In this document: one piece after another, positions 49,953 to 58,874 of the stretch
Numbering within the stretch: position 1 is the stretch's first letter
Layout of the letters: every line of letters starts with the position of its first letter
NCBI GenBank assembly: GCA_039589315.1
Contig: JBDHHQ010000007.1
Span: 32,001 to 96,000, forward strand
DNA: 64,000 bases
Direction: 5' to 3'
DNA from: Gemmatimonadota bacterium
GTDB taxonomy: Bacteria > Gemmatimonadota > Gemmatimonadetes > Longimicrobiales > Gaopeijiaceae
Made by a program: the position numbers and the translations under genes
Notes under the pieces: model-generated
The model's input: the letters and a program-made list of their open reading frames with translations, nothing else
What the model was told of the DNA's origin: nothing
Databases searched by the model: none

Positions 49953-51296
49953 ATGCGGGCTCTCAGGTTCGCGGCGACGGCCGCGTCCGCTCTGGTGTTG
50001 TCCACGGCGGCCGTGCCCCTCACAGCCCAGTGGAGCGCGGCCAAGCCCGGAAGCGACAACATCGAGGTGTTGGGCCACACCCCCCTTGGCGGACGCCTCA
50101 CGGTGGCGGACATGGAGCTCGAGCAGGAGCTTGACCGGCCGTATGCGTACGTGGCCCGGAACGCGTACGGAGGGCTCGGCCCCAAGGGCACCGACATCGT
50201 CGACCTCTCCGATCCGGAGAAGCCCGCGGTTCTGTACGAGTGGCGGATCGAGAACCAGGACCTCCATCTGCCCAATGGCGGCATGGACGTTAAGTACTTC
50301 AAGCTCGACGGGCGCTACTACGTCGTGCAATCTCTGCAATTCGGCCAGGGTGGCCCCAACCACGACCTCGGCGCCGTGATCCTCGACGTCACCGGCTTGC
50401 CGGATGCGTCTACGGTGCGTGAGGTCGCTCGACTGAGTGAGCCCGACGTGCCCGGCGGCTTCCACAACATCTTCATCTACAAGCACTCGACCGGGAAGAT
50501 CCTGCTGTTCACGACGGTTCGAGGCCCGTACGCCCACGTGTACGACATGGGGCGGGCGGTGAGCGGCGACGTAGACAATGCCTTGATCGCGAGAGTGCCC
50601 GTGCCCACGGGCGCCGAAGGGAGCCGGTCCGGGCGGGGCTATCACGACTTCTACGTCGGGTACCATCCGGAGACGGCCACCGACCGCTTCTACGGCGGTG
50701 GCACCGGCGGATACTACGTCTACGACATCACCGACCTGGACACCCCGGAGATCCTGGTCACCCTGACCGGCATCGACGGCGTCCGCTACGGTCACACGTT
50801 CACGCCGAGCGCAGACGGCCGCTACGTCATCGCCGAGACCGAATACCGATATGCGCCCCTGCGGATCTTCGACCTGAAGCCGGCGCTCGACGGCGAGGTC
50901 AGCAACATCGACGAGCCGATCTCGGCGTGGACGGCGGACTGGAAGAACCTGACCCACAATCACGAGGTCCGCTGGCCCTACGTGTTCGTGTCGGGGTACC
51001 TGGACGGGCTGCAGGTCTTCAGCCTGATGGACCCGGAGAACCCCGTCACGGTGGCGTACTACGACACGTACCTGGGACCGCCCAACACCGACCGCTACTC
51101 CATGTTCAACGGCACGTTCGGCGTCGACGTGCGCAACGAGGACGGCCTGATCGTCGTCAGCGACATGAGCACCGGCATCTGGACCTTCCGCATGGAAGGG
51201 TTCCAGGGCTGGAACGGCGAGCAGTGGGGCGTGCCCGACGTCTCCAGCGTGCAGAAGTGGGACGAAGACATCCGCCGGCCCGTGAGCGATCAATGA
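49953..51296 (+). CDS. Secreted LVIVD-repeat beta-propeller
   Basis: AAGGAG RBS, signal peptide; blades IVDLSDP, ILDVTG, VYDITD, IFDLK and VFSLMDP. Confidence 0.85.
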   Translation: MRALRFAATAASALVLSTAAVPLTAQWSAAKPGSDNIEVLGHTPLGGRLTVADMELEQELDRPYAYVARNAYGGLGPKGTDIVDLSDPEKPAVLYEWRIENQDLHLPNGGMDVKYFKLDGRYYVVQSLQFGQGGPNHDLGAVILDVTGLPDASTVREVARLSEPDVPGGFHNIFIYKHSTGKILLFTTVRGPYAHVYDMGRAVSGDVDNALIARVPVPTGAEGSRSGRGYHDFYVGYHPETATDRFYGGGTGGYYVYDITDLDTPEILVTLTGIDGVRYGHTFTPSADGRYVIAETEYRYAPLRIFDLKPALDGEVSNIDEPISAWTADWKNLTHNHEVRWPYVFVSGYLDGLQVFSLMDPENPVTVAYYDTYLGPPNTDRYSMFNGTFGVDVRNEDGLIVVSDMSTGIWTFRMEGFQGWNGEQWGVPDVSSVQKWDEDIRRPVSDQ

Positions 51297-51811
51297 TCGG
51301 GCTGCTGACGCTCGCGCTCGCCGCGGTCCCGGCGGCCGACTCGCCCACATGCGTGGCCGACCCGGAGCCGCCGACCTACTACGACTTCCCCCTGGTGTCG
51401 ACCAGGCGGGTGCCGGGCACCGGTCCCGCCACGGGCGTGGGGCGCGTGACCTTTGCCGCGTCTCCCTTCGGCGTGGCTCTGGCCGCTGACGGGAGCTACC
51501 TCCTGGACGTTTGGCTGTCGTTCGAACGGCTGCGGCTGCCCCCCGAGGGAGAGCTCGTCGTGTGGTTCACCACGCCGGCGCTGGACAGGGTCGTGCGCGC
51601 CGGCACGCTCGACGAGACGCTGCGCTTCTCCGGCCAGGTCCGTTGGAACAAGTTCCTGGTCGTCGTGACGCTGGAGACCGACCCTGACCCGTCGGCCGAG
51701 GTGTGGCGGGGTCCCATCGTCATCCGCGGCATGTCTCGGAGCGGCATGATGCACACCATGGCGGGGCATGGGCCGTTCGAGAAGGAGAACTGTGCCAGCT
51801 TCGGGTACTAG
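51293..51811 (+). CDS. Small secreted protein, RskA-C-like beta-sandwich with a Met/His tail
   Basis: ATGA overlap, signal peptide; LPPEGELVVW...GTL...VVTLE...GPIVIRG, then MSRSGMMHTMAGHG. Confidence 0.7.
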   Translation: MIGLLTLALAAVPAADSPTCVADPEPPTYYDFPLVSTRRVPGTGPATGVGRVTFAASPFGVALAADGSYLLDVWLSFERLRLPPEGELVVWFTTPALDRVVRAGTLDETLRFSGQVRWNKFLVVVTLETDPDPSAEVWRGPIVIRGMSRSGMMHTMAGHGPFEKENCASFGY

Positions 51812-51872
51812 CGTGATGGCGCCTCGCCGCGGTGGTGCGACGCCGGGGGGGAAGCAGGGACGGGGGGCGGCA

Positions 51873-53729
51873 ATGAGTCCTTTGGCACGGCGTTCTGGGG
51901 GGCAACGGGCCCTGTTGTCGGCTGCGCTTCTCGCCGTAAGCGCCCTGTGGGGCGTACCCCTGGCCGGGCAGCACGAGGGGATGCACCACGGCGGGGGGGA
52001 CGGCGAGTGGCGCATGCCGCCGATGGCGGCGGACATGCCCATGCTTCCGGGGTTGGAGGGCGCGCTTCCGCCGGTCGACCCCTTCCTGGCGGCGGCCGGG
52101 GTGGATCCCATGTCCCTCCCGGAGGCTCGGCCTTCCGAGGCCGTCACCCTGGGCGACGGCGACACCCTGGCCGTGACTGTGTCCCTGGTGCGGCGGACCC
52201 TGCAGGGGCACACGCTGGCCATGTACGGCTACAACGGCCAGCACCCGGGCCCCCTCATCCGCGCGGACCGGGGGAGCACAGTCGTGGTCCGGGTGACCAA
52301 CGACATCCAGCTGCCCACCACCGTGCACTGGCACGGGATCCGCATCGACAACCGGTTCGACGGGGTCCCGGGTCTGACGCAGGATCCCATCGGCCCGGGC
52401 GAGAGCTTCACCTACGAGATCCGCGTGCCGGACGCCGGCATGTTCTGGTACCATCCCCACGTCCGCGAGGACGTGCAGCAGGACCTGGGCTTGTACGGCA
52501 ATCTCCTGGTGGTGCCCTCCGACCCGGAGTACTACGGGCCGGCACACCGCGAGGAGCTCCTGGTCCTCGACGACCTGCTCATGGACGCCGACGGCCTGAT
52601 CCCGTGGGGCGAACAGGCGCCGACGCACGCCCTCATGGGCCGCTTCGGGAACGTGATGCTGGTGAACGGGTCGCCGGAGGCTGCCCTCACGGTGAGGCGA
52701 GGTGAGGTGATCCGCTTCTACCTCACCAACGTCGCTAATTCCAGGACGTTCAACGTCGCCTTCGGAGGCGCCCGGGTGAAGCTGCTGGCCTCTGACGTCA
52801 GCAAGTTCGAGCGCGAGGCCTGGGTGGCCAGCGTCCCCATCGCGCCCGCCGAGCGGTACGTGGTGGACGCCCGATTCGAGGAGCCGGGCCAGGTGGCCAT
52901 CACCAACACCATCCAGGCCATCAACCACTTCAGGGGCGAGTTCTTCCCCCACGTGGACACCCTGGTTCGCGTCGTCGTCGAGGACGATGCTCCGGAAGCC
53001 GACCTCGGTGCCGAGTTCGAGGTCCTCCGCGAGAACGGAGACGTGGTGGCGGATGTGGATCGCTTCCGCCCCTTCTTCGACCGGCCGGTGGATCATGAGC
53101 TGGTGACCACGGTCCGGGTGCGGGACCTCCCGCTGCCCATCGTACGCTCCATGGAGATCGACACATTGTACGTGCCGCCCATGGAGTGGAACGACGCCAT
53201 GCCCATGATGAACTGGCTGTCCACGGCCGAGCAGGTAACGTGGATTCTGCAGGACCCGGAGAGCGGTGCAGAGAACGGCGACATCCATTGGGAGTTCGAG
53301 CAAGGGGACCTGGTGAAGATCCGGGTCTTCAACGACCCGGAGTCGTTCCACCCCATGAACCATCCCATCCACATCCACGGACAGCGGTACCTGGTCCTGA
53401 CCCGCGACGGGGTGCCGAACGACAACCTGGCGTGGAAGGACACGGCGATCCTCCCGGTCGGCTCGACCATGGACCTCCTGGTGGAGATGTCCAACCCGGG
53501 TGACTGGATGGTCCACTGTCACATCGCCGAGCACCTCCACGCCGGCATGATGTTCCACTTCACCGTCCACCCGGGCGACGAGGGCGACGAGGGTGGGAGC
53601 GACGCGGCCGGGGGAGAAAGCGCAGTCGGCGATGGGGGCCAAAGCGCAGTCGACGACGGGGGCCAAAGCGAAGCCGGCGCCAGGGGTGACGGTGAGGACG
53701 TCGACCGGGGCACGGAGGAGCGGACGTGA
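51873..53729 (+). CDS. Three-domain multicopper oxidase
   Basis: All Cu motifs present: HWHG, WYHPH, HPIHIHG and HCHIAEHLHAGM; Met/His-rich N-terminus. Confidence 0.95.
   Translation: MSPLARRSGGQRALLSAALLAVSALWGVPLAGQHEGMHHGGGDGEWRMPPMAADMPMLPGLEGALPPVDPFLAAAGVDPMSLPEARPSEAVTLGDGDTLAVTVSLVRRTLQGHTLAMYGYNGQHPGPLIRADRGSTVVVRVTNDIQLPTTVHWHGIRIDNRFDGVPGLTQDPIGPGESFTYEIRVPDAGMFWYHPHVREDVQQDLGLYGNLLVVPSDPEYYGPAHREELLVLDDLLMDADGLIPWGEQAPTHALMGRFGNVMLVNGSPEAALTVRRGEVIRFYLTNVANSRTFNVAFGGARVKLLASDVSKFEREAWVASVPIAPAERYVVDARFEEPGQVAITNTIQAINHFRGEFFPHVDTLVRVVVEDDAPEADLGAEFEVLRENGDVVADVDRFRPFFDRPVDHELVTTVRVRDLPLPIVRSMEIDTLYVPPMEWNDAMPMMNWLSTAEQVTWILQDPESGAENGDIHWEFEQGDLVKIRVFNDPESFHPMNHPIHIHGQRYLVLTRDGVPNDNLAWKDTAILPVGSTMDLLVEMSNPGDWMVHCHIAEHLHAGMMFHFTVHPGDEGDEGGSDAAGGESAVGDGGQSAVDDGGQSEAGARGDGEDVDRGTEERT
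53610..53681 (+). repeat. 24-bp tandem repeat, 3 imperfect copies
   Basis: GGGGGAGAAAGCGCAGTCGGCGAT / GGGGGCCAAAGCGCAGTCGACGAC / GGGGGCCAAAGCGAAGCCGGCGCC. Confidence 0.85.
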
Positions 53730-54331
53730 GCGGCGTCCGACACATGGCGCCCCTGGCGCTGGCCGTCTGGGGACTCCTCTCCGCGTCGGGTGACGCACGA
53801 GGTCAAGTCGACAGCGGGCCGTGGCAGGACGACTTCTTGGCCGCCGGAGTCCTCGGCGCCTGGGAGGGGGACGGCGTCGTCTACGGCAACCCGGTGACCC
53901 TGGAGCGGACCTGGTCCCTCGAGCTGGCCGGCCAGTTCCTCCATGTCGACATGGGCGTCCGGATGACGAACGGCCTGACGTTTCGCGCGCTCGTGTATTG
54001 GACGGCGACAGGCGCACATCGCTACGAGGCGGTGTGGCTCGACGAGCTGGGGCGGACCCGCCGGTCGGAGGCCACGGGAGACCCGGACCAGGAGGTCGTA
54101 ACCAGCTATTACCTGGAGGACACCCCTGGAGACGGGCCCGACGAGGCCCCGGGCTGGATGAGGATGACGATCCGGATCACGGGACCCTCCACCTACGTGG
54201 AGACTCTCCACCGGGAGACGCCCGACGGATGGGAGGAGGTCGGCCGATTCTCGTTCAGGCGCCGGGGAACGTCCGGGACCGACCAGCCCCATCCCCCCGC
54301 CTCTGAACCGATTTCGGCCTGCGATCCGTAG
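53726..54331 (+). CDS. Secreted hypothetical protein (DUF1579/lipocalin-like)
   Basis: GTGA overlap, signal peptide; LGAWEGDG, LAGQFL and WLDELG. Confidence 0.6.
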   Translation: MSGVRHMAPLALAVWGLLSASGDARGQVDSGPWQDDFLAAGVLGAWEGDGVVYGNPVTLERTWSLELAGQFLHVDMGVRMTNGLTFRALVYWTATGAHRYEAVWLDELGRTRRSEATGDPDQEVVTSYYLEDTPGDGPDEAPGWMRMTIRITGPSTYVETLHRETPDGWEEVGRFSFRRRGTSGTDQPHPPASEPISACDP

Positions 54332-54362
54332 AGAAGGCGTACCCACCGGAAAGGAGACGCCC

Positions 54363-54647
54363 ATGGAGTCTCATGAGATCGCCATATTCATCGCTCTCAT
54401 GGTTCCCCTGGCCAGCCTGTGCTTCGGTCTCACGCTCAGACTGGCCATCAAGCCCTTCGTGGAGACGCTTTCCGCCATCAGCAGGGAACACCGCCGAGCG
54501 TCGCCGGATCAGGCGCAGCTCAGGGCGCTTCGAGCGCAGCTGCACGATCTCACCGACGCAGTCGAGGGGCTACGCGCTCAGGTGGAGTTCGACCGGCAGC
54601 TCGTGCCGGGGACCTCAGGTGAGGGAGGGGGCTCCGAGAACCCCTGA
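54363..54647 (+). CDS. Small membrane protein (one TM helix plus coiled coil)
   Basis: AAGGAG RBS, N-terminal TM, heptad region ending EFDRQL. Confidence 0.7.
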   Translation: MESHEIAIFIALMVPLASLCFGLTLRLAIKPFVETLSAISREHRRASPDQAQLRALRAQLHDLTDAVEGLRAQVEFDRQLVPGTSGEGGGSENP

Positions 54648-54742
54648 ACGGAGCAGGGAGCCCGGCGTAGCGACTTCACCGCCTACGTCCACGACTCACC
54701 CTCCTGGAGGAGGCGAGGCCTCCCCCGGGACGGTCTCGCCAT

Positions 54743-57226
54743 TCACTCGGCTTTGAAAGCGATCATCGGGTCGATGCGGGTGGCCCGGCGTGCCGGCAGG
54801 TAGATGGCCGCCAGCGCCACGAGGGCCAAGAGCATCGAGATCCCCCCGAAGGTGAGCGGGTCGAGCGCGCTCACTCCGTAGAGCAAGGTCGCCACGAACC
54901 TGCTCAACGCCACGGCAGCCACCAGTCCGATCGCCATCCCGATGGCCGTTATGGTCATGCCCTGACGGACCACCATGCCCAGGACCTGGCTCGTGTCGGC
55001 GCCCACCGCGATCCGGATCCCGATCTCCTGTTTGCGCTGGCTCGTGGCGAACGACATGACGCCGTAAATGCCGATGGCCGCCAGCGTGAGGGCAAGCGCC
55101 CCGAAGATGGCCAGTAGCCCGGCGGCGATCCGTCTACCCCACAGCGCCTGACTCATCTGATCGGCGAAGGTGCTGACGAAGGTCAGCGCCAGCTCCGGAT
55201 CCAACTCCTGCACGTCCCGCGTGACCATGCCCATGATACTCGACGGGTCGCTGTTGGTCGCCACCTGGATGGTGCCGAACGGGCTGAAGTGCTGGGCCAG
55301 GGGCTGGTACACGATGGCCTGGGGATCTTCGCCGGGTTGCTGGACCACCACGTCTTCGACCACGCCCACGACCTCGTAGTACTCGCCTACGGGTTCGTTG
55401 ATGAAGCGGAACCGCCGGCCAACGGCCGTGGTGGCGTCTGGCCAGTAGGTCTTCGCGAAGGCCTCGCTGACGACGCCGACGCGCTGGACGTCTTCGCGGT
55501 CGAAGTCGGTCAGCAAGCGGCCTTCCACGAGTGCGATGTCGAGTGTCTCGAAGAACTGGGGCGAGACGATGTTGGTCTGGGCCAGGATGCCCGCTCGCTC
55601 TGCATCGGCCTCACGCTCCTCCGGGATCACCGTCCGCAAGAAACCGCCCCCGATGGGGAAGTTGGCGGAGTAGGTGGCCCGCTCGACGCCGGGGGTTGCC
55701 TCGGCTCGGGCGATCGCTTCGTCGATGAACTGCCGGCTCTCCTCCGGGCCCAGTCCCCGGGAGCCCAGGTTCATGGCGAACATGAACACGTTCTCGGTCC
55801 GGAAGCCCGGATCGATCTTGAGCGCCTCGTTCATGCTGCGCAGGAACAGCCCGGCACCGATGAGGGTCACGACCGCCAGGGCCACCTCGGCCACCACCAG
55901 CACGCCCTTCAGAGAGTTACGGCCGAAGCCGGCCGACGACTGGCGGCCACCCACCTTGAGCGCCTCCTGCACGTTGGGCTGGGAGGCGCGCACGGCGGGG
56001 AGCAATCCGAACAGGATCCCCGTGACGGCGGATATCCCCAGGGTGAAGGCCAGGACCTCGGCGTCCACCGTCAACCCGATGGCATTGTCCGCGAGGAAGG
56101 TGGGGCGGGCTGCCCAGAGCAGCCCCGTGCCCCAGTAGGCGATCAGGAGTCCCACGGCGCCTCCGACCAGCGCCAACAGGACGCTCTCCGTGAGGAGCTG
56201 GCGCAGGATGGTGGAGCGTCCCGCCCCCAGGGCGACGCGGATGCCCAGCTCCTTCGACCGGGTCCCCGCACGAGCCAGTAGCAGGTTGGCCAGGTTGACG
56301 CAGGCGATGAGGAGCACCACGCCCACGATGCCCATGAGAAGCGCGCCGCCCATGACGATCGTGTCGTGCTGATTGATGCCCAGCGCGCCGTCCTTGAGGG
56401 ACGCCAGCTCCACGCTCCGGCCCTCGTTGTCCATCGGGTACTCTTCTTCCAGACGGGTGGCAATGGCCTTCATGGCCTGGTTCGCCTGCTCGACGCTGAC
56501 GCCATCATTCAGCCGCCCGAGCACGTTGACGAACACGGCCCGCCGCATCTCGAAGAACTGCGCGAAGTTGGGCGGGATGACCGCCTCCCGCATGCTGACC
56601 GTCGACCACATGAGGTCGGCCTGGCTGAACGCGAACTCTCCCTTGAAGCCCGGTGGCGTCACGCCAACGACCGTGAAGAGGCTGGAGTTCACGGTGATCG
56701 TCTGACCCACGATTCCTGGATCCCCCCCGAGCTGGTTCTGCCACATGCCGTGACTCACCACCACTACGGGATGATTCCCGAGACCCTCGTCCTCGTCGGG
56801 GAGGAAGGTGCGGCCCATCTGGGCCCGGGCCCCCAGAACGTCGAAGTAGTTGGCCGTGGTCAGGCCCATCTGCACCTGCTGGGGCGCGTTGTCCACCATC
56901 ATGGTCACGGGGATTGGCCCGAAGGTGGCCACCAGCTGCTGGAAGACGTTGTTCTGGTCCCGAAAGTCCTGGTAGTTCAGCCACGAGAGGGGAGCCCGGT
57001 CGAACCCCGCCGCCGCATCTTCGTCCGTCATCCAGACGTTGTAGATGCCGTCCACGTCCTCGACGCCCGAGATGGGGTTGAGGAGCAGGGTGTTCACGCC
57101 CGTGAAGATCGTCGTGTTGGCACCAATGCCGAGACCGAGGGACAACACGGCCACGGCCGTGAACCCGGGGTTCTTGACGAGCATCCGGAACGCGTAGGGA
57201 ATGTCGTGACGCAGCAGAGATCCCAT
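54743..57226 (-). CDS. ADOP-type duplicated MacB/FtsX permease (orphan)
   Basis: KNPGFTAVAVLSLGLGIGANTTIF, LLIACVNLANLLLAR, DPGF and EIGIRIAVGA. Confidence 0.93.
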   Translation of the reverse strand: MGSLLRHDIPYAFRMLVKNPGFTAVAVLSLGLGIGANTTIFTGVNTLLLNPISGVEDVDGIYNVWMTDEDAAAGFDRAPLSWLNYQDFRDQNNVFQQLVATFGPIPVTMMVDNAPQQVQMGLTTANYFDVLGARAQMGRTFLPDEDEGLGNHPVVVVSHGMWQNQLGGDPGIVGQTITVNSSLFTVVGVTPPGFKGEFAFSQADLMWSTVSMREAVIPPNFAQFFEMRRAVFVNVLGRLNDGVSVEQANQAMKAIATRLEEEYPMDNEGRSVELASLKDGALGINQHDTIVMGGALLMGIVGVVLLIACVNLANLLLARAGTRSKELGIRVALGAGRSTILRQLLTESVLLALVGGAVGLLIAYWGTGLLWAARPTFLADNAIGLTVDAEVLAFTLGISAVTGILFGLLPAVRASQPNVQEALKVGGRQSSAGFGRNSLKGVLVVAEVALAVVTLIGAGLFLRSMNEALKIDPGFRTENVFMFAMNLGSRGLGPEESRQFIDEAIARAEATPGVERATYSANFPIGGGFLRTVIPEEREADAERAGILAQTNIVSPQFFETLDIALVEGRLLTDFDREDVQRVGVVSEAFAKTYWPDATTAVGRRFRFINEPVGEYYEVVGVVEDVVVQQPGEDPQAIVYQPLAQHFSPFGTIQVATNSDPSSIMGMVTRDVQELDPELALTFVSTFADQMSQALWGRRIAAGLLAIFGALALTLAAIGIYGVMSFATSQRKQEIGIRIAVGADTSQVLGMVVRQGMTITAIGMAIGLVAAVALSRFVATLLYGVSALDPLTFGGISMLLALVALAAIYLPARRATRIDPMIAFKAE

Positions 57227-57331
57227 GGAGCTGACCCTCTCGGTTCTCGCGGTGTCGTACCGCTTCGTCGCAGGGGACCCGCACGGGACGGTGCGTGAGG
57301 ACCCTTCTCGACCTCTCGACTCTGGAACGCA

Positions 57332-57425
57332 GGAAGCCGGCCTGACCAGGACCGGCGGCCCCCCAAGGAGCCGCCGCCATCACCTCCGCCCTACCTCACA
57401 CCGATCCTGATTGAGGCCGGCTTCC
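57332..57425 (-). other. Candidate structured RNA element upstream of the ADOP gene
   Basis: 12-bp perfect terminal stem plus inner stems that close only with G.U pairs on the minus strand. Confidence 0.45.
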
Positions 57426-57675
57426 ACCTTGACCGGCCCACCCATGTAGGAAGGTCCGTGCCAGGATCGAGGAACGGGTGCATGTGCAACGAAGGCATGC
57501 ACTTGGGCGGATCGACGAAGCGCTGGAGCTTGGCGCTGACCCCTCCACGGCCGGGATACCGCGTCCCGGAACCGGACAGTCGGATTCCGGCTCGGGTGAG
57601 TGGCTCTGCGGACCGACCACCGTGGGTTCCGAGAGAGTCCGTCGTCAGTGGGAGCGCCCAGCCGGCGGCCGGACT

Positions 57676-58362
57676 TCAGTTGAACGGCCGCTCCACGTGA
57701 CAGCCCGCGCAGCTGGCCAGGATGCGGCCGTAGGCCTCGGTCCGGTCGTTCCAGTTGGAGGCCTGGGTTGCCCGGTACGCTTCCCGGTGGAGCAGCTCTG
57801 CCATCTCTTCGACGTCCTCTTCCCTGGCGGTCCCCCCCGGAAGGTCCTCGGCTTTCAGCGGGTCGTCCTGAAGCGCCGCGAGTCCCCGGGCCCACGACTC
57901 CTCCGAGGGCCCGACGAGGCCGGCCCACATGCGGTCCACCGCCCAGAGATGCCGGCCCATGTGGGCAACGGGATCCACGTCGGGTGGTGCCTCGTCGCCC
58001 ACCGTGAACCTGGGCCCCCCCGGCACCGCCTGGTGACAGGCGCCGCAGGAGCGGTACAGGCGAGCCGCTCCGGCGACGGCGTCGTCCAGGGATTCGGCAG
58101 CCGCGACGGTGCCCGCCTCTTCGCTGAAGGTCGCCCGGTACGGCTCGGACCACGACGGCAGCCCCTCCGCACCCTCGTCTTCGGCGAGCCGTCGCGCGGC
58201 CGGCCGCGCTCCCTCGAGGTCACCGCGGATCAGCGCGCTCTGGATCTCTCCGGCGCGTTCGAAGTGCTCGAACATGTGATCCTCGGTTGACGCGGTGGCG
58301 CAGGCGGCCACCAGCGCGGCGGCCACGAGAGCGGTCCTCGGGGTGGCGCGGGTTCGACGCAA
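57676..58362 (-). CDS. Di-haem cytochrome c lipoprotein (duplicated four-helix-bundle type)
   Basis: AGGAG RBS and TTG; lipobox VAA-C; two halves, each HMxxH ... CxxCH (CGACH, CAGCH). Confidence 0.8.
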   Translation of the reverse strand: MRRTRATPRTALVAAALVAACATASTEDHMFEHFERAGEIQSALIRGDLEGARPAARRLAEDEGAEGLPSWSEPYRATFSEEAGTVAAAESLDDAVAGAARLYRSCGACHQAVPGGPRFTVGDEAPPDVDPVAHMGRHLWAVDRMWAGLVGPSEESWARGLAALQDDPLKAEDLPGGTAREEDVEEMAELLHREAYRATQASNWNDRTEAYGRILASCAGCHVERPFN

Positions 58363-58374
58363 CGGATTCCGCTC

Positions 58375-58872
58375 CTACTCCAACAGGGCGGGTGGACGGC
58401 TCTCGGGTGCGGGACGGATGTGCTCGTTGGCGTTGATGATTCTGGCGCAGGTGTTCCAGCGAAGCAGCGCGTCGTCGTTCCCCGGAGGGCTGATGCTCTC
58501 GGCTCTTTCGAACCACTCCATGGCACGGCGGAACCAATCGTACGCGATGTGTCCTGATGCCGGACTGCTCATCCCCAGCTGGGCGATGGCAGCGCGCTCG
58601 TAGACCAGTCCGCGGAAGTACGTCTGCTCGAAGTCGCCGTGGATGCGCTCCACCACCTCCAGGGCATCGTGCATCCGCGGCCGTCCCCGGCCGAACTGTT
58701 CGGTGGTTGCGAGCAGGAGCGAGACGAGCGTTTCCTGGTCCCCGGGCTCGATGGCCAGGATGTCCTTGCAGATGCTCTCCGCCAACCGGGGCTGGCCCAG
58801 CAGGCGGTACCGGTCTGCCTTCTCGCGCGCCTGGGGAATCGAGTCCCTCGAGATCGTCTTCAGCTCGAACAT
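58375..58872 (-). CDS. Helical/TPR-like hypothetical protein in the sdh operon
   Basis: KADRYRLL...AESICKDIL...DDALLRWNTCARII; starts 2 nt after the sdhB stop. Confidence 0.75.
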   Translation of the reverse strand: MFELKTISRDSIPQAREKADRYRLLGQPRLAESICKDILAIEPGDQETLVSLLLATTEQFGRGRPRMHDALEVVERIHGDFEQTYFRGLVYERAAIAQLGMSSPASGHIAYDWFRRAMEWFERAESISPPGNDDALLRWNTCARIINANEHIRPAPESRPPALLE

Positions 58873-58874
58873 CG

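Noticed and set aside
53610..53681. Possible CRISPR-like repeat
   Set aside because: Head-to-tail, spacer-free, in-frame coding repeat; no cas genes in the window
57478..57502. Inverted repeat GTGCATG-N11-CATGCAC as a regulator site
   Set aside because: A single 7-bp pair with no second copy seen in the window; not distinguishable from chance
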